In this document: piece by piece, positions 47,536 through 55,897 of the stretch
Numbering within the stretch: position 1 is the stretch's first letter
How the letters are laid out: each line of letters starts with the position of its first letter
Assembly: GCA_964607485.1 (NCBI GenBank)
Contig: CAZSKP010000016.1
Span: 1 to 64,000, forward strand
DNA length: 64,000 bases
From: an uncultured bacterium
GTDB lineage: Bacteria > Abyssobacteria > SURF-5
Reading direction: 5' to 3'
The notes under the pieces: model-generated
What the model saw: only the letters and a program-made list of their open reading frames with translations
Told to the model about the DNA's origin: nothing
Databases searched by the model: none
Program-made: the position numbers and the translations under genes

Positions 47536-47928
47536 ATGAATCGCAAGACTCTCACAATCCTGGTAGTACTCGCCGGAATGTCGATGATAGTATCGGGCTG
47601 CATCGCGGCATTCGCCGCGGGAGCGGCCGGGGGCGCGGGCGGTTACGCATGGGCAAGCGGGAAGCTCACCTTCACCGAGGCTTATGGCATAGGCGCATGC
47701 CATGACGCGACGCTCTCTGCTTTCAACGACCTCAAGATAATCGTTGCGAGCGACAATACCGACAGGCTGTCGGGCAGAATCAAGGGGAAAACCCAGACGG
47801 GCGAATCGGTCGCCGTGGACCTGGAGCCGCAGGCGTCGAACATCACCAAGATAGACGTGCGCGTGGGCTTTGCGAACCGCGAGCAGGCGACTAACGTGGC
47901 GGACGCCATCAAGCGACACTTGCGCTAG
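47536..47928 (+). CDS. DUF3568-like lipoprotein, tandem paralog
   Basis: SGC lipobox; aligns by eye with the upstream gene (GKL.F, CH.AT, TDRL.GRI.G.T..GESV.VDLEP, ADAIKR.L). Confidence 0.78.
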   Translation: MNRKTLTILVVLAGMSMIVSGCIAAFAAGAAGGAGGYAWASGKLTFTEAYGIGACHDATLSAFNDLKIIVASDNTDRLSGRIKGKTQTGESVAVDLEPQASNITKIDVRVGFANREQATNVADAIKRHLR

Positions 47929-47934
47929 CGGCGC

Positions 47935-49095
47935 TTATGAGCCGATGACCGTCTCGAGTGCATCGACGAGACGGTCCATCTCCTCGCGCGTGTTGAAGTA
48001 GTTGACAGAGATGCGGAGATACGACGGCGGCGGGGTGTATCGCACGACGATGCCCTTCTTCAGGAGCGCCTTGAAGACGGTCTTCGGCTCTTTTCCTTCG
48101 ATTTGTATCGCGACCAGCCCGGCCGAGCATGCCCAATCCGTGGGCGTCACCACCCGTATTCCTCTCACGCGCGCGAGTCGTCGTTTCAGGTAGTTCGTGT
48201 TCTTCTTGATTGCGGATTCGATGTTGATGACGCCGACCTCGTCGATGAATTCCAGCGCCTTTAACCATCCGGCGATCAGCGCGGCATTGAAATCGCAATA
48301 CTCGAACTTCTTGGCGCTCGTGTTATAGGTTACGTTTCCCTCGCGGTCGAACGTTTTGGCCGATTCGTTTCCGGCGAACGAGAGCGCCAGCCCGGCGAGT
48401 CTGTCTCTCCTCACGTACAGCGCGCCGGTCGAATCGGGGCCGAGCATCCATTTGTGGCCGGGAAAGGCGTAATAATCGCAACCGGTGTCGTGCAGGTTTA
48501 TCTGCAGGACTCCGACCGATTGCGCGCCGTCTACAAGCAGTTCCGAGCCGCGCTCGGCCACAAGCGCCGCGAGTTGTTTTAGGGGCAGGCGAAGGCCGGT
48601 GTTGAAGCTGACGTGGCTGACCAACACCAGCCTGGTGCGGTCGTCGATGGCGCCCGCCATTCTTCGGAGAGCGTCGCGGCCGTCGCCGAGGTCGACGATT
48701 TCGACCTCTGCTCCAAACCTGTCGCGGACGTTGTAGGCAGGAACCAGTCCGGCTCCGTGCTCAATGTTCGTCGTGACCATCTTTTCGCCGCGCCGCCAGT
48801 CGATGCCGCCGAGCACGATGTTAATCGCTTCGGTCGTGCTTCGGGTCAGCGCGATTTCGTCGGCATCCGCCCCGAGAAACGCAGCCAGTCGCGAGCGGAG
48901 GAGGTCGATGTTCTTCGTCTGGCGCTTGTAAACGTGATGCGAGACGCCCTCGGCCGAGAGCCGTTCGAGCATCCGTTTCTGCTCTTCCAGCACGCGCCTT
49001 GGCGACGGGCCCGACCAGCCGGTGTTGAAAAACAGCTTCCTCCCCACCACCGGAATCTCCGCCCGGATGCGCTCAAGAACGTTTCTGTGACTCAC
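47935..49095 (-). CDS. Class V aminotransferase (cysteine/cystine lyase-like)
   Basis: FNTGWSGP, TRSTTE, EH, DGAQS, PGHKWMLGP. Confidence 0.88.
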   Translation of the reverse strand: MSHRNVLERIRAEIPVVGRKLFFNTGWSGPSPRRVLEEQKRMLERLSAEGVSHHVYKRQTKNIDLLRSRLAAFLGADADEIALTRSTTEAINIVLGGIDWRRGEKMVTTNIEHGAGLVPAYNVRDRFGAEVEIVDLGDGRDALRRMAGAIDDRTRLVLVSHVSFNTGLRLPLKQLAALVAERGSELLVDGAQSVGVLQINLHDTGCDYYAFPGHKWMLGPDSTGALYVRRDRLAGLALSFAGNESAKTFDREGNVTYNTSAKKFEYCDFNAALIAGWLKALEFIDEVGVINIESAIKKNTNYLKRRLARVRGIRVVTPTDWACSAGLVAIQIEGKEPKTVFKALLKKGIVVRYTPPPSYLRISVNYFNTREEMDRLVDALETVIGS

Positions 49096-49283
49096 AGTTT
49101 TGCGAACGATTGCTCTCTCCTTTTCTCTTCGGCAAAGTCCGGGAGCGAAATTTCCGCAATTCTAGCAGGACGGAACCGGTACGTCAAGGAAGGCTTGGCT
49201 GCGACGGCGCGCATCAGGTTGACTGGCGGCGGGACGATGTGGTATAGAACGGAGGCCGGAAAATGCAATCATATATATCTTGA

Positions 49284-49458
49284 CGGCGTGTTGCCAGAAC
49301 CATTCGGTGTCATTGCGAGGGAGGGTCAAAAACCCGACCGAAGCAATCTCGGAGGCGTTTTCCTCTCTTGCCACCAGGATTGCTTCGTCGCATTGCTCCT
49401 CGCAATGAAGAGGCGGAGCAACGATGTTGTGTGTAGAAACCATTTCGGCAACAGACCG
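49284..49458. mobile_element. MITE-like cruciform element copy B
   Basis: Ends CGGCGTGTTGCC / GGCAACAGACCG; both flanks read TTGA (candidate 4-bp target duplication). Confidence 0.75.
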
Positions 49459-49489
49459 TTGAGAAATTGAAGCGGGGAAGCGAACGGCT

Positions 49490-50401
49490 TTGTTGACAAC
49501 TCTGATAATCTTTCTCGTGGTGCTCGGCGCTCTGGCCGTATATGCATTGTATGTGGAGCCGGGGCGGTTTCGCTCCGTTCGTGTTCGGATGAAGACAGCC
49601 GGAAACCTGAGTGGAAAGCTCGACATCCTCCATATCTCTGACCTTCACCTCAAGAAGGGCGAGGAAGCCAAGCTGAATTTTCTGCGCGGGCTTCACAAGA
49701 ATCTCATCGACATGGTCTTCGTGACCGGCGACATCATTGAGGACGACTCCGGCATCAAATACTGTGTCGATGTTCTGAGCGGCTTCAAAACCCGCCTGGG
49801 AGTGTTCGTCGTGTTCGGGGCGCACGACCACTGGGACACCCGCTTGTGGAACGTGGTGCGAGACCTTTCGCTGGGCGGATACCGCAAGGGCGGGCCCAAC
49901 GATTTTGCACGGCTCAAGCGCGAGCTCGAGCGCGCGGGAGTCGTCTGTCTCGACAACAGGTCGCGACGGGTAACGCTTCCCGACTCTTCCGGGATTGGAA
50001 CTTCCGGCGGAACGGAACTGTGGATTGTGGGCGTGGACGACCTCTTCGTCGGGCTGGACGATTTTCAGAAGGCGCTCGCCGGCGTGCCGGCCCATGCGTT
50101 CAGAATCCTCCTGACCCACACCGTCGAGGATCCCGAGGAGATAGCCGCGCGCGCGTTCGACGCCGTCTTCGCGGGCCACTCCCACGGCGGGCAGGTGAGG
50201 ATTCCTTTTATCGGTCCGATTATCACGCGTTCGAGCCTGCGGAGGGAATACGCCTCGGGAGTGTTCAAGGTAGGGGGCACACCGTTTCACATAAACAACG
50301 GCATCGGAACCGGAAATTGGACGGGCTTTCGGTTTCTCTGTCCGCCGGAGGCGTCCTACGTCGAGCTGACCGGCCCCGCACCCGCAAACAAGGCGACGTA
50401 A
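49490..50401 (+). CDS. Membrane-anchored metallophosphoesterase (YkuE-like)
   Basis: SDLH, TGD, GAHD, H, GHSHGGQ. Confidence 0.9.
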   Translation: MLTTLIIFLVVLGALAVYALYVEPGRFRSVRVRMKTAGNLSGKLDILHISDLHLKKGEEAKLNFLRGLHKNLIDMVFVTGDIIEDDSGIKYCVDVLSGFKTRLGVFVVFGAHDHWDTRLWNVVRDLSLGGYRKGGPNDFARLKRELERAGVVCLDNRSRRVTLPDSSGIGTSGGTELWIVGVDDLFVGLDDFQKALAGVPAHAFRILLTHTVEDPEEIAARAFDAVFAGHSHGGQVRIPFIGPIITRSSLRREYASGVFKVGGTPFHINNGIGTGNWTGFRFLCPPEASYVELTGPAPANKAT

Positions 50402-50411
50402 TCCTGCCTCT

Positions 50412-50921
50412 TCACGCAAAGAAGTGATAAACTATCAGTCCGACCATCAGGAGGCCGATCGCTTCTTTCGCAATCACGGCAGCCGTCCGGCCGAGGAAGG
50501 CGCCCAGGCCCGCGCGGAGGGCCTGGCGGAGGTCGTTGAGCCTGAAATATTCATAGCCGAACGCGCCCAGAAACGCGCCGAGGAATGCCCCGACTATCGT
50601 GCCCAGAATCGGCACGATTCCCGAACCGACGGCCAACCCGACAATAGAGCCGACGATGGCCGCGATCGTGCCGCCCGTTGAGGCGCCGTACTTCTTCGCG
50701 CCCACCGCCGAGGACAATACCTCGACTATCTCGCCCACAAGTGCGGCTATCGCGAACACGAGGAGAAAAGGCCAGCCGAATTTCGTCCAGTGGATCGCCA
50801 GCCCATAGACAACCGCGCAGCCGAGGATCACCCAGTTGCCCGGCAGTCCAAGCGGCGTTATTAGAAGCCCTGCCAGCATCGACAAGCTAAGCAGCGTGTA
50901 GCCGATTATCGCCAGAACCAT
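50412..50921 (-). CDS. DUF456 family membrane protein
   Basis: GLPG, GAKKYGAS..G...G, G.IVGAFLGA. Confidence 0.88.
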   Translation of the reverse strand: MVLAIIGYTLLSLSMLAGLLITPLGLPGNWVILGCAVVYGLAIHWTKFGWPFLLVFAIAALVGEIVEVLSSAVGAKKYGASTGGTIAAIVGSIVGLAVGSGIVPILGTIVGAFLGAFLGAFGYEYFRLNDLRQALRAGLGAFLGRTAAVIAKEAIGLLMVGLIVYHFFA

Positions 50922-51006
50922 CTTCGCACTCCATGGATTCAGGTTGTCAAGAAGAGGGACGCCATTCTGAACAACGACGAAACTCGACGGATAAGAAGCG
51001 GGCGGC

Positions 51007-51741
51007 CTATACCGTCGGGATAACTTCGACCTTTACCCTCGCCGTGCCCTTTTCATAGAACCCCAGCCTCTTGGCGGCGCCCATGCTGAGGTCTATGATT
51101 CTGTCGCCCGACCTCGGATTCTGCCTGCACGGGAAAGGGCCCCTGTCGTTGACCCTCACGATGATCGAGCGGCCGTTCTCAAGGTTTGTGACCCTGACAT
51201 TGGTCGGGAGCGGCAGATACTTGTGGGCGGCGGTCAATCCGTTCGGATCAAACGCCTCGCCGTTGGCGGTCATGTGCCCTCCGCGTTTCCTGCGGGTCTC
51301 GTGGCCGTACCATGAGGCGAGGCCGACCTCCTTGTGACTCTGGGCCGCCTCGACCGACATGGGATAATATTTCTTTCCATTGACCGTATAGGGAGAGTTT
51401 TTCACCCGGCCCTGCCGGATGGCCTCCTTGACCGGCAAACCATCTACGGTCTCGATATCCTCGTTGGTGAGCGGCCAGTCCAGCGGGGCCTGCACGACCT
51501 CGAACGTGAATTCTCCGATCTTATAGACGGTTTTCGTCGTGCCGGCGGCAACCCTGTAGGTCCCTGTGACAACCGATACACCGGTTTTCACGGTCTTCTG
51601 CGTCACCCTCACAGTCTTCTTGGTCACTCTGTAAGGGGCCGTAATCACCGCGCAACCGGCAAGAACAAGGCACCCGACTACTATTCCGAGAATATAATAC
51701 CGATTTCTCTTTGCCGCAACGGTCTTCTTGCCAGAGTCCAT
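51007..51741 (-). CDS. rlpA: Septal ring lytic transglycosylase RlpA-family lipoprotein
   Basis: LAGC; ASWYG, TANGE, TAAHK.LP, VRVNDRGP, RIIDLS. Confidence 0.92.
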   Translation of the reverse strand: MDSGKKTVAAKRNRYYILGIVVGCLVLAGCAVITAPYRVTKKTVRVTQKTVKTGVSVVTGTYRVAAGTTKTVYKIGEFTFEVVQAPLDWPLTNEDIETVDGLPVKEAIRQGRVKNSPYTVNGKKYYPMSVEAAQSHKEVGLASWYGHETRRKRGGHMTANGEAFDPNGLTAAHKYLPLPTNVRVTNLENGRSIIVRVNDRGPFPCRQNPRSGDRIIDLSMGAAKRLGFYEKGTARVKVEVIPTV

Positions 51742-51966
51742 CTCTCAGTCCCATGCATGCTTCAGGAAAGCTCGGCCCTCGGGCCTCTACATCATGCGGT
51801 GTGATGTGTAAGGGCCACAATCTATGCCACTGCACACATGTATAAGATACCATCCTCCGTTCGATTAAGTCAAACGGTGTGCCCCTGACTTGCCAAAGAA
51901 CCTGCCACTGTCCATATTTTAAGCAAATGTAACTGTCATTTCCGGATTGAGCGCAGGAGGCATTCC

Positions 51967-52293
51967 ATGAAAGAACCCATACGCGTCAGCCCCGACGAGA
52001 CTCACCGGAAGCTGGAATCCGGCGCCGCGATCCTCGTGCGCGCATACGAGGATGAGGAAAAATTCAGAATGATGCAGCTAGAAGGAGCGATTTCGCTCAG
52101 CGAATTCGAGTCCAGACTGCCCACGCTGTCGAAGGACCAGGAGATCATCTTCTACTGTGGTTGACCGCAGGAAAAGACGTCCGCCGGTCGGGCGGCGCAG
52201 TATATAGAGAAGGGATACGCGAATGCGAAGGCTCTCGGCGGAGGAGTGGAAGGCTGGAAGAAGGCCGGGTACCGTCTCGTCGTCGCGAAGTGA
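51967..52293 (+). CDS. Rhodanese-like selenoprotein (Sec at TGA 52162-52164, CGU motif), 108 aa
   Basis: Rhodanese fold continues in frame after UGA (SAGRA...GY.NAKALGGGVEGWKKAGY); SECIS-like hairpin 52181-52195; AGGAGG RBS. Confidence 0.85.
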
Positions 52294-52404
52294 GGCTTCA
52301 TCGGCTTCTTTCGTGAGAATACCAAGAGGAAAGACCTCAGGCGATTGACAAGGGGAGATGATGTAACGCTCCGCCCGCGGAAAGGGCGGCAAGAAGAATC
52401 ATTG

Positions 52405-52434
52405 TTGACATTGCGGAACCCGAGGTAATATAAT
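52405..52434 (+). promoter_or_regulatory. Sigma70 promoter upstream of the glyQS leader
   Basis: TTGACA-N18-TATAAT. Confidence 0.75.
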
Positions 52435-52500
52435 GCCATCGAAGCGATGGTGTGTCTGGCCGCGGCTAGATTCGCCCGGGGTGAAACCGCATACAGGTTC

Positions 52501-52546
52501 GCCCTTTTCGTCGAGACCGTGAGCGGTTTGGCGAGAAGGGCTTTTT
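52501..52546 (+). terminator. Intrinsic terminator inside the glyQS 5' leader
   Basis: About 18-bp stem GCCCTTTTCGTCGA.ACCG/CGGTTTGGCGAGAAGGGC followed by TTTTT. Confidence 0.75.
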
Positions 52547-52589
52547 GCTATCACATGATTTTGAGAGAGGGGAGGTGGGTGTTTACCTC

Positions 52590-53915
52590 ATGGCCAAGAA
52601 AGTTCCCAGTGAGGCCGATAAGAAGATGGAAGAGCTCGTCTCGCTCTGCAAGAGGCGCGGGTTTATCTTTCAGAGCAGCCTGATATACGGCGGCATAAAT
52701 AGCTGCTGGGATTACGGCCCGCTGGGGGTCGAGCTGAAGAACAACATCAAGCGCCACTGGTGGAAGACGATGACCCAGGAGCGCAACGACATCGAGGGGC
52801 TCGATGCAAGCATCATAATGCACCCCCGCGTATGGGAGGCCTCGGGCCACGTCGAGGGGTTCACCGACCCGCTGGTCGACTGCAAGCAGTGCAAGCACCG
52901 CTTTCGCGCCGACGAGCTGAGCGGCCCAAAGTGTCCCGACTGCGGCGGCGAGCTGACCGAGGCGAGGCTGTTCAATCTGATGTTCAAGACGTTTGTCGGA
53001 CCCGTCGAGGAAGACGCGGCGGTCGTTTACCTCCGGCCCGAGACCGCGCAGGGCATCTACGTGAATTTCCTGAACGTGATGGGTCCCTCGCGCCAGAAGA
53101 TTCCATTCGGCATTGCGCAGATAGGCAAGGCGTTTCGCAATGAGATAACGCCCGGCAATTTCGTCTTCCGCATGCGCGAGTTCGAACAGATGGAGATGCA
53201 GTACTTCGTCCGGCCGGGAACGGACGAGGAATGGTTCGACTACTGGAAAGAAAAGCGGCTGCAGTGGTATCGGGACATCGGCATAAACGAGGAGAAGCTC
53301 CATCTGCACGAACACGAGCACAAGGAATTGGCCCACTATGCCCGCAAGGCGTTCGACATCGAGTACGAATTCCCCTTCGGCCGGAAAGAACTGGAAGGAA
53401 TCCACAACCGGACCGACTTCGACCTGTCGCGCCACCAGGAATACTCGGGCAAGGACCTCTCCTACTTCGATCAGGAGCTCAACCAGCGGTATGTCCCGTA
53501 CATAATCGAGACTTCCGCGGGCGTTGACCGGACGCTGCTGACATGCCTCGTCGATGCCTACGCGGTGGAGAACCCCGGCAAGAAAGAGGAGCGTAAGGTG
53601 CTGAGGCTGTCGCCCAAGCTGGCGCCCATCAAGGCGGCCATCCTCCCACTGGTCAACCGCGACGGTATGCCCGAACTGGCCAAGAAGATAGCCGACGAGC
53701 TCAGGCCGCATTTCAAGATATTCTACGACGACGGCGGCTCCATCGGGCGTCGCTACAGGAGACAGGACGAAGCCGGCACGCCGTTCGGAATAACGGTCGA
53801 TTCGCAAACGCTCGAAGACGAAACGGTCACCCTGCGCGAACGCGATTCCATGAAACAGGAGCGAGTGAAAATATCGGCGCTCAAAGACGAGCTTCTCCAA
53901 CGCACCGCAATCTGA
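52590..53915 (+). CDS. glyQS: Glycine--tRNA ligase (single-chain, homodimeric type)
   Basis: [48 protein letters not shown]. Confidence 0.97.
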   Translation: MAKKVPSEADKKMEELVSLCKRRGFIFQSSLIYGGINSCWDYGPLGVELKNNIKRHWWKTMTQERNDIEGLDASIIMHPRVWEASGHVEGFTDPLVDCKQCKHRFRADELSGPKCPDCGGELTEARLFNLMFKTFVGPVEEDAAVVYLRPETAQGIYVNFLNVMGPSRQKIPFGIAQIGKAFRNEITPGNFVFRMREFEQMEMQYFVRPGTDEEWFDYWKEKRLQWYRDIGINEEKLHLHEHEHKELAHYARKAFDIEYEFPFGRKELEGIHNRTDFDLSRHQEYSGKDLSYFDQELNQRYVPYIIETSAGVDRTLLTCLVDAYAVENPGKKEERKVLRLSPKLAPIKAAILPLVNRDGMPELAKKIADELRPHFKIFYDDGGSIGRRYRRQDEAGTPFGITVDSQTLEDETVTLRERDSMKQERVKISALKDELLQRTAI

Positions 53916-53937
53916 GGGTCGCTACCGAAAGTGGAAC

Positions 53938-54423
53938 ATGCGGGTTGGCGTAATATCTGATACACATGGCTATGTAAACCCCAAGCTGTTCGACGTATTT
54001 GCAGGAGTCGAACAGATCATGCACGCGGGCGATATCGGCGCGATGAGTGTGATAATCGAGCTGAGCGCCATCGCCCCCGTCATCGCCGTCCACGGCAACA
54101 TGGACCTGCCCGAAATCGTTGCGCGCTATCCGGAAGACCAGCGGGTGCAGTTGGCGGGAGCCGACGTGTTGATGACGCATAACGGCGGCATGTTGCTCCG
54201 TAGCCCATCGATGTTCGACGCCAGGTGCGGCTCGAAACGACCCGACGTATTCATCTGGGGACACACGCACAGGGCCGAAAGCAAGATAATTGAGGGCATG
54301 CTCAGCTTGAACCCCGGCTCGGCGTCGAGACCGCCGATGCTCGACCTGCCTCCCTCCGTCGCCATTCTCACACTGGAGCCGAACAGAGAACCGCAGGCCG
54401 AAATAGTAATATTGGAATCGTGA
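53938..54423 (+). CDS. YfcE-family metallophosphoesterase
   Basis: ISDTHG, HAGD, GNMD, GHTH, NPGS. Confidence 0.9.
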   Translation: MRVGVISDTHGYVNPKLFDVFAGVEQIMHAGDIGAMSVIIELSAIAPVIAVHGNMDLPEIVARYPEDQRVQLAGADVLMTHNGGMLLRSPSMFDARCGSKRPDVFIWGHTHRAESKIIEGMLSLNPGSASRPPMLDLPPSVAILTLEPNREPQAEIVILES

Positions 54424-54579
54424 TTGCCCTCGAGAAGGAACGAGCCGAAAAGCAAATCCTTTTCCGTCGCTCCTTTCGCCTGATAGAAGGCTTGCAGTGA
54501 AAGCGTAGAGCGACTTATAATGTACCGACACCTCACAGTCACCCCACAGCACGGTAGCTGATATCGCGGCGAGGGACAG

Positions 54580-55893
54580 ATGCAAGGCAATGTTGTCATC
54601 ATCGGCGGCGGCTTCGGAGGGCTTTCGGTAGGAGCGCTGCTCACGAAGAGGGGGATAGCGGCGACCATATTCGAGTCCGATGCCGATTTGGGAGGTCGAG
54701 CCAAGTGCGTCGATAAAGAGGGATACGTCGTTGACCTCGGCCTGCACGCAAACCGGTTTGGACACGACGGCCCTGCTGCGACCGTGCTCAAGATGGTGGG
54801 TCAGTCAATCGCGTTCGCCAAGAAAAGGGACAAGACTTCCTACGTTTACCAGGACGGCAAGCTCATAAAAAGACCCAACGCGGTTGAGGACTTCATGGAA
54901 ACCGAACTCGTGCCCGAGGAGAGCAGGCAGGCGCTCTTGCAGACCGTCTTCGCGATGGTCGGCGAGGACCCCGATGATTGGTACGACAAGAGCCTTCTCC
55001 AGTTCATAGAACAACATACGCAGGATGAACACGTGAAGCGGTTCTTCCGGATGCTCGGGTTTACCATCATAGCCCCGGACATCGAGACCGCCTCGGCGGG
55101 TGAGGTCATGAGCTTCATCAAGAACGCTCAGATGGCCGAAGAACCGCTCGCCGAGCCGGTCGGAGGAATGAGGCAAATAATCAATAAGCTCGCGAGTGTC
55201 ATCGAAAGCAACGGAGGCGAGATCAAGACCGGTTGCAGGGTCGAACGAATCGAGGTGCAGGGCGGCAGAGCCATAGGGGTGACCGCAGGAGGAGCGTTGC
55301 ACGCCGCCGACGCGGTCGTCTTCACGCCGCCCGTACAACACCTCTTCAAGTTCGTGCGCAAAGAGCATTTCCCGCCGGATTTCATCGCCTACGCCGAGAA
55401 CCTGGAGCCGACCTCGGGAGTGAGCATCGATTTTGGGCTCGCCGAGCCCATCACCGACATTGAGGGGAACATCCTCTGCCTCGACCCCGTGGTGCTGGGA
55501 AGCTTCCCGTCGAATTACGATGGGTCGCTTGCGCCGGCGGGCAAGCAGCTCTCCACGTGGCTGATGATTGTCCCTTTCGAGGAAGCGAAAAAAGGACCCA
55601 CGCTCAAGTCGGCGCTCGGTTCGTTGCGCACGTTCATACGGGGGCTGTATCCGACGTTCTTCGAACGCGTCGAGTGGGAGCGCCCGCTCGCTTACCTGAT
55701 TCTTGACGGAGTTCACCTGAAAGTCGGCCAGACGAGGGTGGACAGACACAGCATACAGTCGCCTCACGTGAGCAACTTGTTCTTCGTGGGAGACACGGCA
55801 AAGGGGGAAGGCTGCAGCGGCGACATCGCTTTCGATTCGGCCGTCAAGGCCGCTCCGATGATTGAAGGCTATCTCAACAACCTGAGGGAGTGA
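54580..55893 (+). CDS. FAD-dependent oxidoreductase, phytoene desaturase-like family
   Basis: IIGGGFGGL, GGRA, D.GLH, NLFFVGD. Confidence 0.85.
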   Translation: MQGNVVIIGGGFGGLSVGALLTKRGIAATIFESDADLGGRAKCVDKEGYVVDLGLHANRFGHDGPAATVLKMVGQSIAFAKKRDKTSYVYQDGKLIKRPNAVEDFMETELVPEESRQALLQTVFAMVGEDPDDWYDKSLLQFIEQHTQDEHVKRFFRMLGFTIIAPDIETASAGEVMSFIKNAQMAEEPLAEPVGGMRQIINKLASVIESNGGEIKTGCRVERIEVQGGRAIGVTAGGALHAADAVVFTPPVQHLFKFVRKEHFPPDFIAYAENLEPTSGVSIDFGLAEPITDIEGNILCLDPVVLGSFPSNYDGSLAPAGKQLSTWLMIVPFEEAKKGPTLKSALGSLRTFIRGLYPTFFERVEWERPLAYLILDGVHLKVGQTRVDRHSIQSPHVSNLFFVGDTAKGEGCSGDIAFDSAVKAAPMIEGYLNNLRE

Positions 55894-55897
55894 GTCG

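Noticed and set aside
49263-49283. In-frame TGA of the mini-ORF as a second selenocysteine codon
   Set aside because: No SECIS-like hairpin or redox motif context, and a MITE separates it from the downstream gene.
51812-51830. Possible sigma54 box upstream of rlpA (TGGCATAGATTGTGG)
   Set aside because: The -12 position reads GG rather than GC, and a sigma70-like TTGACT/TATCTT lies just upstream.
52447-52683. Possible leader peptide for glyQS attenuation
   Set aside because: No run of Gly codons and no clear SD; it runs through the terminator.
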